From Chiloscyllium plagiosum (taxonomy: Eukaryota): DNA of 64,000 nucleotides. The translations under genes and the position numbers were made by a program. The DNA is taken from NCBI RefSeq assembly GCF_004010195.1, contig NC_057718.1, forward strand, positions 67,296,588 to 67,360,587. Reading direction: 5' to 3'. The notes beneath the pieces are model-generated. The model was not told the DNA's origin, searched no databases, and worked only from the letters and a program-made list of their open reading frames with translations. Within the stretch, counting starts at the first letter, position 1. Each line of letters opens with the position of its first letter. Below are positions 13,102-25,937 of this stretch, in pieces.

Positions 13102-13417
13102 GGGTGGCATGGTGGCTCAGTGGTTAGCACTGTTGCTTCACAGCACCAGGGCCCCAGGTTTGATTCTAGCCTTGGGCAACTGTCTGTGTGGAGTTTACAC
13201 ATTCTTTCCATGTCTGCGTAGGTTTCCTCCGGGTGCTCCGGTTTCCTCCCACATTCCAAAGATATGCAGGTCAGGTGAATTGTCCATGCTAAATTGCCCA
13301 TAGTGTTCGGTGCATTAGTCAGAGGGAAATGGATCTGGGTGGGTTGCTCTTCGGAGGGTCGGTGTGGACTAGTTGGGCCGAAGGACCTGTTTCCACACTG
13401 TAGGGAATCTAATCTAA
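13102..13417 (+). mobile_element. HE1-type SINE
   Basis: GGTGGCTCAGTGGTTAGCACTG head, conserved core and TCTAA tail. Confidence 0.88.
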
Positions 13418-13739
13418 TTCATCTTCCTCAGATTTTCACCTGGTTTCCCCTTAAATATGTAGATACTTTTCACTTCAGCCACTCAGTGATAGCAAGTTTC
13501 ACATTCTTACCACCCTTTGGGTGAAGACATTTCTTCTGAATTTCCTTTTGGATTTCTTGGTGGCTATTTTATGTCAATAGCAGCAGTCAGTTAGCTAGAC
13601 AATTAGTTTGTGATGTGACATGTGATCTGACCAGCGTTTTATACAAATTTAAGGTAACTTCTTTACAATTCTATTTCTTTAGAAATGAATCCCAATGCTA
13701 GGCTTGCTTTTTATAAAAGTCTTATTAAAAGTTTTTCCA

Positions 13740-15570
13740 CCCAGTTCTTCCTGTTTATCTAGCAAGATTCTCCACTCAGACAGGCTGGCCTTTTTCTCCA
13801 CCAAGTGGTGAACCTGAATATCTAGGGGACAGAAATGTTCCAGGTTGGAATATTTGTAACATCATCCATTTCCCTACCTCATATTTAACTGGGTTCACCT
13901 TCCCATCAAAGTACACTTCCCTCTGCTCTTTTCTTTTTTACCATTCTGATGGCCATTACTTTGTGTGCAACTTGCACATTTTCTAATAGGATTTTCAGTT
14001 TTCCTATTGTAGAAGGTTTCGACCTTGGGCTCTGTTAAGTCTTATCCAATTAAAGATTTGATACCTCTCATGTCTGGTCATTAGAGCGTGGGAGTGAATC
14101 CAGTTGAACTGGAGAGTGAGTTCCTTATGAGCATGAGGATAAAGGATAAAACAACATTCCAGATTGAGGTGCCGCCAAATATATTCATCACTGCATGCCT
14201 TACCTGGCCTATGAAAAGGCTTCCCTGGTCTGATTCTTCATTGCAGGGAAGATTCCATCTGGTGAAAATTTGCTGAATTAGGATGTCTACTGCAACTTAG
14301 TGGTGTTCATTTGAGTGGGGAATGCTTCTACCCATTGTTAAATGTCCACAATGATCAGGATATAATTTTGTCCCCTTTATAGGGCATGAGAGGGCTGACA
14401 ACCAATACATTTAAATGTGGGGAGTGCTCTGTCAGAACGGTTAAGGGATTCAGGCAAATAATATCAGCATAATGTTGTACCGTTCAGAACATGGCTAGCA
14501 AGTGCTCCTCACACTTAAAGAAGCCCTGCTGTATTGGTGAAAGAGTCCAGAAGGCACAAGGTGCCAGTCTGAGATTACTGTGTCATCCCTGGGCCTGCCA
14601 GTGTGGCATCCATGACTGCAAGTTCCAAGGCAGAGGGAAGTTCTGGGTGAGGTACCGGTGCAGGACCCTGCAAACAGACCTGTTTTAATTCTGCAACAGC
14701 ATCATGTGCTATTTACTCAATTCCCACAGGACACTCCTTCAAGGAGGTTGAAGAGTGGGGCAGCTTTAAGTGTTGAAACCATGGATGTGGTTCTGACAGT
14801 CTCCCACTAAACCCAGAAAGAAACACAATGAGCTCACACCCCTGGGAGGCACAAACAGGTTATGGCCTCGATATGCTTCCATTCTATTCCAGTGTTTCCT
14901 TGAGTTGGCGCAGTCCTAAGAATGAGACCTGGGACCTTATGATTTGTGCCCTCTTGGGTTTAACTTTTAGTCCTAGGATGTGAGGAAGGTTAACAGTTAC
15001 TGTAACAGTGTCAAATGTTCAGTCCTTGTCTCTGTTTGCAGGAGGAGATTGTCCACGTACTGTACCAAGCAGTCCAATCAGGAAAACTGCTCTAACTCTT
15101 TAGCCAGCCTCTGGTAAAATATTGATGGAGAATTGTAAAATCCCTGGAACAAACAGGCCCATGTATTGCTCGCCCTGAAATATGAACGTGAATTTATATT
15201 GGCAGTGTGAGAGGAGGAGGATGAATCAAAATCCGTTACTAATGTCCAGCACAGTGAAATATTTTGCTCTTGGGCCTACCCCTTCATGGTTTTTGGACCA
15301 GTCACTGCTGTTGGTGATGTGATTGGGGCAGTTTTATTTAGTTCCCTGCAATCAACAGTGAGCCACCCAGAGCATTCCGGTTTCATAAACGGCCATATTG
15401 GCGAGTTATTAGTAGATGCTACAGGGCATAGGACTCCGTGTTTTAACAGTTGCTAATGACCTTAGCCACCTCCCCCTCTGACTACTTGTCTTTGTGGCTT
15501 TGGGTCTGGTCTGTCTATCACTACCTCACCCTGTATCCAGCCACACTGTGTTTATAATAGGTGAACACAC
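13740..15570 (-). mobile_element. pol: Decayed endogenous retrovirus-like pol (RT, connection region, integrase)
   Basis: Manual translation across frameshifts. RT: NNSPIWPFMKPECSGWLTVDCRELNK, KYFTVLDISNGF* (motif at 15229-15249), WACLFQGFYNSPSIF, LVQYVDNLLL (YVDN at 15048-15059), FLGLVGDCQNHIHGF. IN: YILIIVDI, WVEAFPT, IFTRWNLP..EESDQG (SDQG at 14222-14233), FLSPRYSG. Confidence 0.85.
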
Positions 15571-15571
15571 T

Positions 15572-15845
15572 TAGACCATAAGACCATAGGAGCAGAAATT
15601 TGGTCATTCCGACTATCAAGTCTTCTCTGCCATTTGATCATGGCTGATCGGTTTTTCAACCCCATTTTCCCATTTTCTCCCGAAAACTTTTTATCCCCTT
15701 GGCAATCAAGAACTTATCTATCTCTGTTTTAAATATACTCAATGACCTGACCTCCACAGCCTTCTGTGGCAATGAATTCCACAGTTTCACCATTCTCTGA
15801 CTAAAGAGATTTCTCCTTATCTCTGTTTTAAAGGGTCTGTCCTTT
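15572..15845 (-). mobile_element. CR1-type 3' tail fragment
   Basis: AGACCATAAGACCATAGGAGCAGAA terminus. Related pieces at 48350-48665 and 60545-60690. Confidence 0.6.
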
Positions 15846-16739
15846 ATTTTCTATAAGGGAATAAAACAAAAGTCAAAAACAGCATTAGAGTTCTGTAATT
15901 TAAAAAAAATTAACTGCAATGATGTGCAAAGCATTTGATCAAGCCAAGATTGTAAGCATCTAGAATTACTCAGAATTGGTGGATCAAAAAGCTATCTGGT
16001 AGCAAACAATTTACGTTCTTTTGAAAAACGACATGTTTAGCTATAACAGCTAACTTCCATTGCATAACAATAGTTACAAGTGGTCTCTATAACGTAGGGA
16101 AATGCATGGTAAACCTCATAAAAACCTGATGCGAGAGTAAAGTAGAAATGGTATGTACTAATAGAAAATCTGTCAGCCAATTGAGAAATGTAAAGCACAT
16201 TTTGCAGTCTGTCTAACCTCAGTCTCTGTTCTATTTCTTAGGGAGACAGTTGGTCATTTCTGACTATTAGTCAGTGTGGTAATGTAACACCAGACTCACT
16301 AATCTCTTTCCCATTTTCAATTGCTGCTGACACTCTACTTCAATAGCTTTTTCTCTGCACTGGCTGTTCTTTGTCAAGTAACCCACCTGAAGAAATGGAG
16401 AGTTGCAGGGATAGAAAACTATCAAATTCAAAATGGCAATAGATTTATTTGTTCGAATTTATACTGAGCTGTGGAAAGTCATTGAAAATCTCCAGTTATA
16501 TTTAAGTGCAAAGGCTAGCATCAGTATTTTTTATGATCACTTACACAGCAGTTTTTGTAAAGGAAGGTTAATTTCAATAGTGTGATGCAAATATATTTCT
16601 TAAATTACATTTTGTTTGTCCTTACATTTCCACACAAAATAATGGAGATTTCAACAATTCAAAAGTTGGGTAAGATAGTAACAACTTTGTTGTTGATGCA
16701 TTCTGATGAGAGACGCCATTTACTTTTTATTAACCTATT

Positions 16740-16850
16740 GTTCCAATCAACTTGTTGAGAGATGTTGTTACACACATCTGGAGCAAATGGCACTTGATTT
16801 CAGTTCTCTTGGTCCAGGGATAGGGGCACTACAACTGCGTCACAAGAGGG
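16740..16850 (-). mobile_element. Short tRNA-like SINE family (also ~29165-29285, 33232-33340, 61960-62037)
   Basis: The copies share a GTGCAG..GTAGTGTCC...GGTT(C/T)AAGT head and an ..AACATCTCTGA(G/A)CAGGTTGATT tail. Confidence 0.5.
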
Positions 16851-17554
16851 CATAGGTGCCATTTAATCAGAGTTTGCAGATTGGGCTCAGATGGCCATTA
16901 GCAGATGGTTCAGAGTTAATCTCCCACATTCTGCTGTAAGCATGAAAATCATAGGAGTAGCACATGCTATGCCACTTCCAGTTTCTTTGAAATTTTTTGT
17001 TCATCGATCTTAAAAATATTGGACATGGGGGTAAGAGGTTGTTTGAATGGCAATCAAAGATTGTCCAGTTAGGGAAAAAAAATTTCATTTGCTTTCCAAT
17101 TGGCAGTGGGAAGGGGAAAATTCTGTTTGATGAATGAGTTATGTGACCAATGATTGGAGCAGGGGTAGAATGGGGCTGATGAAGGCCGGAGATAATATCG
17201 TGAAATTAGAATTGGCAAGTTTGGGCAGCTGGAGGCTTCATGAGTTGTTGAAAATTGAGGCCCATTGAAGTAACAAAATGTCAAAGTCATTTGAACACAG
17301 AATGCAGATCTCCCTCTCAATGTGCCTAGTGGGACTGGTCTCCCACAGCTACTGAATCTAAATTTAATGGGGCACTTAAGTGCAGACAATCGAGTCACAA
17401 GTGTAAATTCAAAACTTGGTGGAAAAACAACAGCTCATGTAGTTTTTGTGGTCAGAGAAACAGAGTTAACCATATGTATTTTTGCCATGACCATAAGAAA
17501 CAGCACCAATCCTGTTTTCATGTCAGAAAGCCCCGTATGGTACCCTGCCCATTT

Positions 17555-18575
17555 AGAGTCAGAGAGTCATACAGCATGGAAACAGACTCTTTGGTCCAAC
17601 TTGTCCATACCAACCAGGTTTTTTAAACTAATCTTATTTGCCTGCATTTGCCCATATCCCTCTAAATTTTTCCTATTCATGTACCTGTCCAAATGTTTTT
17701 TACATGTCTTTACTCTACCTGCATCTACCATTTCCTCTGTCAATTCATTCCATATACACACAGTCCTCTATGTGAAAAAGCTGCCTCTCAGGTTCCTTTT
17801 AAATCTTTACCCTCTCAACGTAAACTTATGGCTTCTAGTTTTGAACTCCCCTACATTTGCTATTAACAATAGAAATTTGCAATAGACCTTTGCTATTAAT
17901 CTTATCTATGCCTCTCCTATTCTCCAGGGAAAAAGGTCCCAGCCAAATTCAGCCTCTCCTTATAACTCAAATGCTCCAGTTCCAGTAACATCTTTGTAAG
18001 TCTTTTCTGTATCCTTTCCAATGTAATAATATCCTTCCTATATCAGGGCAACTTGAACTGTACACAGTACTCCAAAAGTGGTCTCACCAATATCATGTAC
18101 AACTGCAGCATAACGTCCCAATGCCTATACTCAATTTTCTGACCAATGAAGGCAAGTGTGCCAAATTCTTTCTTCACAACCATGTCTCCCTCTGATACTA
18201 GAAACTATGTTTTTGAATGCCTAGGTCTCTCTGCTCGACAACACTCCCCAGTACCCCTCCAGTTGCTATGTAAGCCCTCTCCTGGTTTGCCTTACCGAAA
18301 TGCAACGCCTCGCATTTATTTAAATTAAACTCCACGTGCCACTCTTCAGCCTATTAGCCCATCTGGTCAAGATCTTATGTATTCTTAGAGAACCTTCTTT
18401 ACCAACCACTATATCACCAATTTTTGTGTCATCTGCAAACATACAAGCCATACTTCCTACATTCTCATCCAAATCATTCATTTTAATGACAAACAAGAGT
18501 GCACCACCACCAGCCCTGTGATTTACCACTCATCATAGGCCTCCAGTCTGAAAAACAACCCTCTACCACCACCCA
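17555..18575 (-). mobile_element. CR1 LINE RT and 3' end
   Basis: NDLDENVGSMACMFADDTKIG and WNELTEEMVDAG..KKHLDRYM. Confidence 0.88.
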
Positions 18576-19099
18576 TAGAGTCATTGGGATGTGGTGAAAG
18601 TGAGGACTGCAGATGTTGGAGATTAGAGTCGAGAATATGGTACTGGAAAAGCACAACAGGTCAGCCAGCATCCAAGGAGCAGGAGAATCTATGTTTCTCC
18701 TGCTCAATTTTTCAGCACCACACTCATAACTCATTGGAATGTGAGACAGGTTTTGACACAGTCACTGAGGCTGTTGGTTCGCCTCAGGGAGAAAATCTGC
18801 TGATTTTGCCCAAGACCTCCGCAGTGCCAGAGGAAACCAGAATAACATTAGCAAACTACTGGCTGAGAACTTGGGACAGGGCTGCTCCTCGCTTTATCAT
18901 GCTGATATAGTTTGGAAACTTGAGGTCGTTTGGGAAAGGGGAATGCTCCTTTTCTGAGAGGCAGAAAAGGTCACTTCATCGTGCAGCAAAGGCACTACTC
19001 TGTTCAGCTACATTTCCTTCCACATCCTCTCCCTTCTTGTTTCTCACCTTTTTCTCCTGCTCCTCACTGGATGAGCTGTCTTTATTCGGCCTGTCACCA

Positions 19100-19950
19100 T
19101 CTTCAAAATGCATACCTATCTAGAAATCCATGCATGGACAGCACAGTAGCCCATTATAATAATCAAGGCCCTTCCAAGTGGGTATTAGAGAGTCCAGTAC
19201 ATTAACCAGCCTGACTGGTCCAGACTCTGGAATCACACCCTCTGAAGCTCAATGCACTAATAAGGGTATCCCATTTGCCTCTGCCATACAGGAATGAATC
19301 ACCATGCTTTCTCGGATGCACTGTGCTTGTTAAAGTGAAAATCTGATTCAGCATGGACTTGGAGAGAATAAAGAAGTCATAGCAACTTCCAGGGAGGTGA
19401 ATTTTCACATGGACGAACCTGTTGTGATGTTCACTGGTCAGATGAAGGAAACTGACGTTCTTTCTCTTGATAAATCTGAGCTGTTAATCACTTCATGCCT
19501 TGATTCTTTCACGGCTGCAATCAATGAAACGCACTGTCTGGATGGTGGTGAAACTAGAGATTTGAGTCCGCAGCAGGCAGTATTGTCAAAAGATGAGTGA
19601 AACATCCAACAACAGTAAATTGTGAGAGATGAGATGAACAAATGCTTGTGAGAAGCAATGCAGCTGTGGATCTGATCCTTGAGATGAGACAGATGTGCAA
19701 GGTCTTTATGACTTTGACCACTGGCAGAGTGTGGTAACAGGTGCTGTAAGGTTTTCAATGGTAAGGGCACAAATGTATCTGACATCAGCCTGGAGAATCA
19801 CAGTCTCCTCTGGCACTGCATCTTTGTTGTCTCCAAATAGCTCTGGAATCAGCAGCAGATACTGTGTTGAGAGAGTATGGCCTTCATGTCCCTCTTGTCC
19901 TTCCTTTCTCTCCCATGCTGTCCTGCCGTTCATGGTTCCATCCTCCCTAT
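19100..19950 (-). mobile_element. PIF/Harbinger DDE transposase (HARBI1-like) fossil
   Basis: PGSCYDFFILSKS, then RV*FQSLDQSG and L*YPLGRALIIIMGYCAVH. These resemble the PGS.HD..IL, KMRFRCLDRSG and LQY.P...IIVACC.LHN motifs. Confidence 0.75.
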
Positions 19951-20329
19951 AGGGTTTTGCCTCCCATTGCCACAAGGTTCTACATCTGACAGCCACAGAT
20001 CAATTCTCAATAGCAGCCTTCCTCTTGTTCTGTCTCCACCATTTCAGGGGTTCCTGATGTTAAGTGCACTTTCTTTCTGCTATCCTCTTACCATGTTAAG
20101 TCTCCTTTGCATTGTTGACCTTCTATGGTGCAGATTCGATGGGTCAAATGGCCTGCTTCCACACTGTAGGGATTCTTTGATTCCATGAAGACAGTGTCAT
20201 TTGAGGGATGACACAACAGTTCTGTGGTTAGAGATAGTGGAATATGACAGACACAGTATCAGTGAGGTAGAAAGAGAGGTAGACAGCCATAAAGTGAACT
20301 TCCTACAATTCCGCTAACCAATGTAAAAA

Positions 20330-20493
20330 TGCAGATGCTGTGGATCAGAAATAAAAATAGAATTTGCTGGAAAAGCTCAGCAGTCTGGCAGCATCTGTGC
20401 AGAGAACTCAAAGTTAACTTTTCGGGTTCAGTGACCCTTCCTCAGAATACCTTCCAGGCCTGCTGAGCTTTTCCAGCAACTTCTGCTTTTGCT
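20330..20493. mobile_element. Short PLE-derived element with partial inverted copy
   Basis: Same family as 3540-3755. Minus strand CTGAGGAAGGGTCACTGAACCCGAAAAGTTAAC. Confidence 0.7.
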
Positions 20494-20494
20494 G

Positions 20495-21152
20495 GAAATA
20501 CTGGGGATAATTAGACACTGTGTTTTCATATTTCAAAGAAGACCATGGAAAGATTAACTAGTTTTACTTAGGAAGTGTAAGGAAGACTGAGCCACATGCC
20601 TGGATATACAGTTAATTGGATGTGATATGGATTTAGGTGAATCAGTGCCAATAGCAATCAGTCCAGAAAAACATGGAAAGCAGAAAAGTCACTTGCTTGA
20701 TCCTAGCCAAAGCAGCTGGAATTTACTTGTATTGTTAACCCAGAAGGATTAACTGATTTGGCATAGGAAACAGAAAGGTAAATATAATCATGAAAACAGA
20801 TTTACACCCAATTCCTCGGTCAGAAGATTGTATCAATTGGGTTGGCAGTGCCTCATCTATTTCTAGAATTGATCTAATGAAGGTGGACTGGAAAGTGCCA
20901 TTAGCATCAAGGACTAACAAGATATCTTTGTTGCACCAAATGGATTATATCAATGTGAATTTTAAAATGCCCATCTACATTCAAAAGACATATGAATGAA
21001 GTCATAACTGAAGTACCTAATATGTAGTTTATTTAGATGATGTTATAATATACAGTAAGGCGTGGGAAGAACGAGCACAGCAATTAAAGAACCTGTTTAA
21101 GCGATTGCAATTAGCTGGCTTAATGATAAATTTGGCCAAATGTGAATTTATC
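20495..21152 (+). mobile_element. Gypsy RT fossil
   Basis: KTDLHPIPRSEDCINWVGSASSISRIDLMKVDWKVPL, YLDDVIIYS and LFKRLQLAGLMINLAKCEF. Confidence 0.8.
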
Positions 21153-21161
21153 TATGACATA

Positions 21162-21475
21162 AGGGTAGTATGGTTGTTCAGTGGTTAGCACTGCTACCTC
21201 ACAGTCTCAGGGACCCAGGTTCAATTCCAACCTCGGGTGACTGTGTGGAGTTTGCACATTCTCCCTATGTCTGTGTGGGTTTCCTCCCATCCAAAGATGT
21301 TCAGTTTGGGTAGATTGGTCATGTTAAATTGTCCATAGTATCCAGGGTGATGCAGGTTAGGTGGAATTGCCATGGGAAATACAGGGTTACAGACCTAGGT
21401 GCGGGGGTGGTCTGGATGGCATGCCCTTTGGAGGGTTGAATGATGCTGAGTCCACACAGTAGAAATTCTATGATG
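21162..21475 (+). mobile_element. HE1-type SINE, older copy
   Basis: CAGTGGTTAGCACTGCTACCTCACAG and GGTTCAATTCC. Confidence 0.8.
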
Positions 21476-22811
21476 CTGGAGCCTCAAGACTGAGAGCTAC
21501 TAGAGGATATCATGCAAGAATATCTACAGCTTCATCCAATGAAAGTCAACTAGCCACACCACAGCCACTGGAAAGCACTGTGCCCAAGCACTAGGGTAGA
21601 CAAAAGCACTTACAAAGCAGGATTGAGGGAAATATACAAGTGTGGATATTTGTATGCTTTATGGAAGTCTATAGAACAAAGGTGTCACAGAATGTCTTTT
21701 TTGGGGTGACTTTTATTTCAGTATTTTGGAAGCGGATGATAGACTTTCACAGTTTTGATTGGTTTGGAAATCTTTTCATTTATCTTTATGAAGATAGTAC
21801 ACTGCACAAAATACCTTGTTCATGCCAGTTAAATGGGCAAACATTAAAAGATCAGAGCACCAATTATAAATTCATTACCTTGATGAAAATAACCTTGATA
21901 TATATCCAAGGAATCGTTTCGCAATGAAACAATAATAATTTTCCTTTTGGTATATAACAGGATATCCGAATTATGCTGGTAAAGATGCACCTTTTGTGTT
22001 AATTGTGTAACCTTTGGTTCTCTATACAACAGCTATAATGGAAATTAAGATCTTTTCCATTTCAATATATAATTGCTCCAGGCAATCAACAATTTTAATA
22101 TGCTGCACAAAGTCATTTCATATGAAGTACTTTCTTTTTTTATATAGAACTTCACTAATATCTTCTAAACTGAATGACTTTGTGGTAGTCAATAAAAGAA
22201 ATTCAATTCTTTGTTTCACTGCATAGATTGGATTTCTTAGTTACATTAAGGGCATTCAGATTCTCATAGTTTTCTTTGCTCAACTCAAGCCAAACAAATT
22301 GGAATTTACCTGCTAATTTCAGAATATGTTGGAGAATAATTTGCAGTAATTTGCATTTATCATCAAAATACCAATTCTACCTTTGTAGTGCTTGACAAAG
22401 TAGAATTCCAGCTACAGTGGCTTTAGTCACCTAAATAACAGGCATCAGAGGTTTGACCTGTCAATTCTCCATCTCTTAATAATTGAGGACTAAATTAGAA
22501 TCTCATTCTGTGGTGAGGACAGTCTTTCTTGGAACAATGAATGTGACGGATGCTGACAAAATCTTCAGGCCTCATTTGAATGCACACATCTCTTCTAGTG
22601 GACCATATCAAATTACCTGAGTGGACAACAGCTGCACACTGTGGATAGTAAAGTTGCTGCAGTTCTTTTCCTAACACTGGAGCAATAATAAAATGCAGGT
22701 AGATTTACAGGATAAAGCAATGAGTAATGCATTCGTAAAAATTTGCCCAGATTATGTCATGTCCGCACAAAACAGTTCAAATTCAGTCTGGCCAGTTACT
22801 GCTCTATCAGT

Positions 22812-23443
22812 TGTTATGGACTAGGCCAGTCCACACAAAACATTCTTAAGCAGGCAGACTAGACCATAACTTTGCAATTTGTTTTGGTAAATGTACAGGG
22901 AAAAGTACCTTGAGTAAGTTGGCCATGTTGACGACCAGGTTTTCAAACGGACAAAAATGTATTCACAAAATTACACAATGAAACACAAAGAACATAATAA
23001 AGAACACTTACAGAATTCAGTCGATCCAAACTAGACTTAATTATGCTGTTCCAAATATGCACAACAGTCCCAATAAACAAACCCCTTAACCATAGTAAAA
23101 ATGAAACAAAGGCTTGCAGGTCAAAGTTAGAACGGCTGGAGGAGAGAGAGTCCAGCAACCTGTTTCCGCACAGCCCACAGCTGTACTCCCTAACTAGTTC
23201 TGGATTGAACTGCTCAGCTAGACAGCTGGCCATGCCACCTTGACTTATACAGGTTACTTCTAAAAACATAAAAGCTTTGGCCTAAAAACTCATCTGTTTA
23301 CGTATACAAAAAGGCCTTTCATCTCTGAACCAAACCCAGCCATTTCGAAGCCCGGCCTGTTAACGACCCCTCTGAAAATAACAAGGACACAGTATCCTTG
23401 AGAAAAGGAACAACGTTTAGAAAAAAGGACCAGCTTTGTGAAA
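22812..23443. mobile_element. Probable solo LTR
   Basis: Starts TGTTATG and ends TTGTGAAA (an imperfect TG..CA inverted terminus). Flanked by a 4-bp direct repeat CAGT (22808-22811, 23444-23447). Confidence 0.55.
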
Positions 23444-23639
23444 CAGTCTACTCTTGATCATCTGTAAAGTGATGGAAGAGGTTGCCAACTATGCTATCAA
23501 GTAGCACTTAGATGGAAATAACCAATTCATTGATGTTTTGTTTTAGTTCTACTAGGACTATAGCTCCTGACCTCATTACAGTCTTGAACATGGTAAAAAG
23601 GGTTGAACTCCTGAGCATACCCACTAACTTGATTGCATT

Positions 23640-24785
23640 TTTGGAGATGTGACAAAGAAGATTGATGAAGGCAGGTTGGTAAACTTTGTCTCTATGGGCA
23701 TCAGCAAAGCATTCAATAAGTTTCTGCATGGTAGACTGATTAGCAAGGTTAAATCGTATGGGTATCCAGGGGAGCTAACCAACACATTACAAAATTGGCT
23801 TGAAGGAAGAAGACAGAGTGTGGTAGTAGAGGGTTGCTTTTCAGGCTGGACATCTGTGACCAACAGTGTGCCATGATTTGGATGTGATTACAGGAGGCAT
23901 AATTAGTAAGTTTGCAAATAACATCAAAATCAATGGTGCAGTGGACAGAGAAAAATTTTTTCTCAGATGCAATGGGACCTTGAACAGATGGGCCAATGGG
24001 CAGAGGGGTGACAGATGAAGTTTAGTTTAGATAAATGACAAGTGTTGCAATTTGGTAAAGCAAATCAAGATAGGAATTATATAGTTAATAGTAGGGCCCT
24101 GGACAGTGTTGCCAAACAAGCAGACCTAAGGGTGCAGGTGTATTGTCCCTTGAAAGTGAAGTCACAAGTAGACAGAGTGGTGAAGAAGACATTGGTAGGC
24201 TTACCATCATTGGTCAGAATGAATCTAGGAGTTGGAACATCATGTTGGTAGGCCACTTTTAGAATACTGGTACAATTCTGGTCCCCCTTCTATAGGAAGG
24301 ATGTTGTTAAACTTGAGAGGGTGAAGAAAAGGTTTACAAAGGTGTTGTTGTGACTGGAGGGTTTGAGTTATAGAGAGAGGCTGAATAAGCTCGGGCTTTT
24401 ACCCTTGGAGCATTAGAGGCTAAGTGGTGACCTTATAGAGGTTTATGAAATCATGAGGGGCATGGATAGGGTGAATAGATAAGGTCATTTTCCTGGGACA
24501 GGGGAGGCCAAAATTAAAGGACATAGGTTTAAGGTGAGAGGGAAAGATTTAAAAAGGATCTGAGGGATAACTTTTTCACACAGAAGTTGGTGCATATATG
24601 GAATGAGCTGCTACAGGAAACTGGGGAGGTTGATACAATTACAACATTTAAAAGGCATCTGGATGGGTATATGAATAAGAAGGGTCTAGAGGGATATGCT
24701 GACAAATGGGACTAGGTCAGATGGAATGTCTAGGTGGCGTGGATGAGTTGTATGGAAGATCTGTTTCCATGCTGTATGACTCTAT
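23640..24785 (+). mobile_element. CR1 LINE RT and 3' end
   Basis: TKKIDEGR...SKAFNKFLHGRLISKVKSYG...QNWLEGRRQSVVVEGCFSGWTSVTNSVP. Tail TGTATGACTCTATG. Confidence 0.9.
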
Positions 24786-24789
24786 GTGA

Positions 24790-25937
24790 ATGTGACTGCC
24801 CTTGGGTACAAAGTAACATTCTACTGAGTATGACTTCAAGGGGTTCAAGCAAAACTGAACTTAATGGCAATTTGGGGGTGGAGTGGGGTGGTGGGAGAGA
24901 GGTGAAATAACTCTTCACTGTTTGGAGTCATACCCAACATAAAGGAAAATGGCTGTGTTTGTTGGAGATCAATCTTTTAAACACCAGGACATCTCAGCAG
25001 GTGTTCCTCAAGGTAGAGTCCACCTAAACCACCTTCATTTGCTTCATCAATGACTTTCTCTCTATCATAAGGTCAGAGGTGGGGATGTTTGCTGATGATT
25101 ACAAATATTCAGCAACATTTGCAACTCCCCAAATACTGAAGCAGACAATCTCCCAAATGCAGGAAGACCTGGATGACATTGTGACTGAGAAGTGACAAAT
25201 AACATTTTTATGACAAAAGTGCCAGACAATGATCACCTTCAACACATAAAATGTAACCATCTAACCTTGACATTCGAGTATATTGCCATTACTGAATTCC
25301 CCCACTAAAAGCATTATAAGGGGTACCATTGGCAGAAAGTGAACTTGACCAACTTTTTAAATCCTGTGACTGGAAGAATCGGTCAGACGCTGGGAGTCAA
25401 TGATGAGTAACTGACCTCTTGACTGTACAAAATCTGTCTACCCCCTACAGTGCCCAAGTTGGGTCTGTGATGAAATAGTCTCCACTTGACTTGATTGGTG
25501 CATATTAAACAACACTTAAGAATCACAGCACCATCCAGAACAAAGAAAACTGCCTGACCCTAAAGAGCATCTTCAATATCAATTCCTTTCTGCAAGGTTA
25601 ACTACAGTAATAAAGCCAGGCTCCTTCAACATCATCTTCTTAACTATAATCCCTACCACTTAAAAGGACAATACTAGCAGAAACATGGGAAATAATGTCT
25701 TGAACTACACCTCCAATTAACATTATCTGACTTGGACCTATATCCTTCGCCATTCTTTCACTGTTGCCAAGTCAAAATCCGGAACTCCTATCCAAAAAGT
25801 ATTGTGATGTACCCATACCATTTGAATTGGATGTTCTCAAAGGCAGCTCACTACCACCTTCTCAAGAGCAATTAGAGATGGGAAACAAATGTTGACTTAT
25901 CCAGCTGATAAGGCCCAAATCCTGTGAAAGAAAAAAA
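24790..25937 (+). mobile_element. CR1/L2-type LINE 3' portion
   Basis: GVPQG (~25000), FINDF and MFADD (~25086). A-rich end. Confidence 0.65.

Noticed and set aside
17322..17885. 187-aa plus-strand ORF
   Set aside because: It is mostly the antisense of a CR1 3' end and shows no protein-like features.
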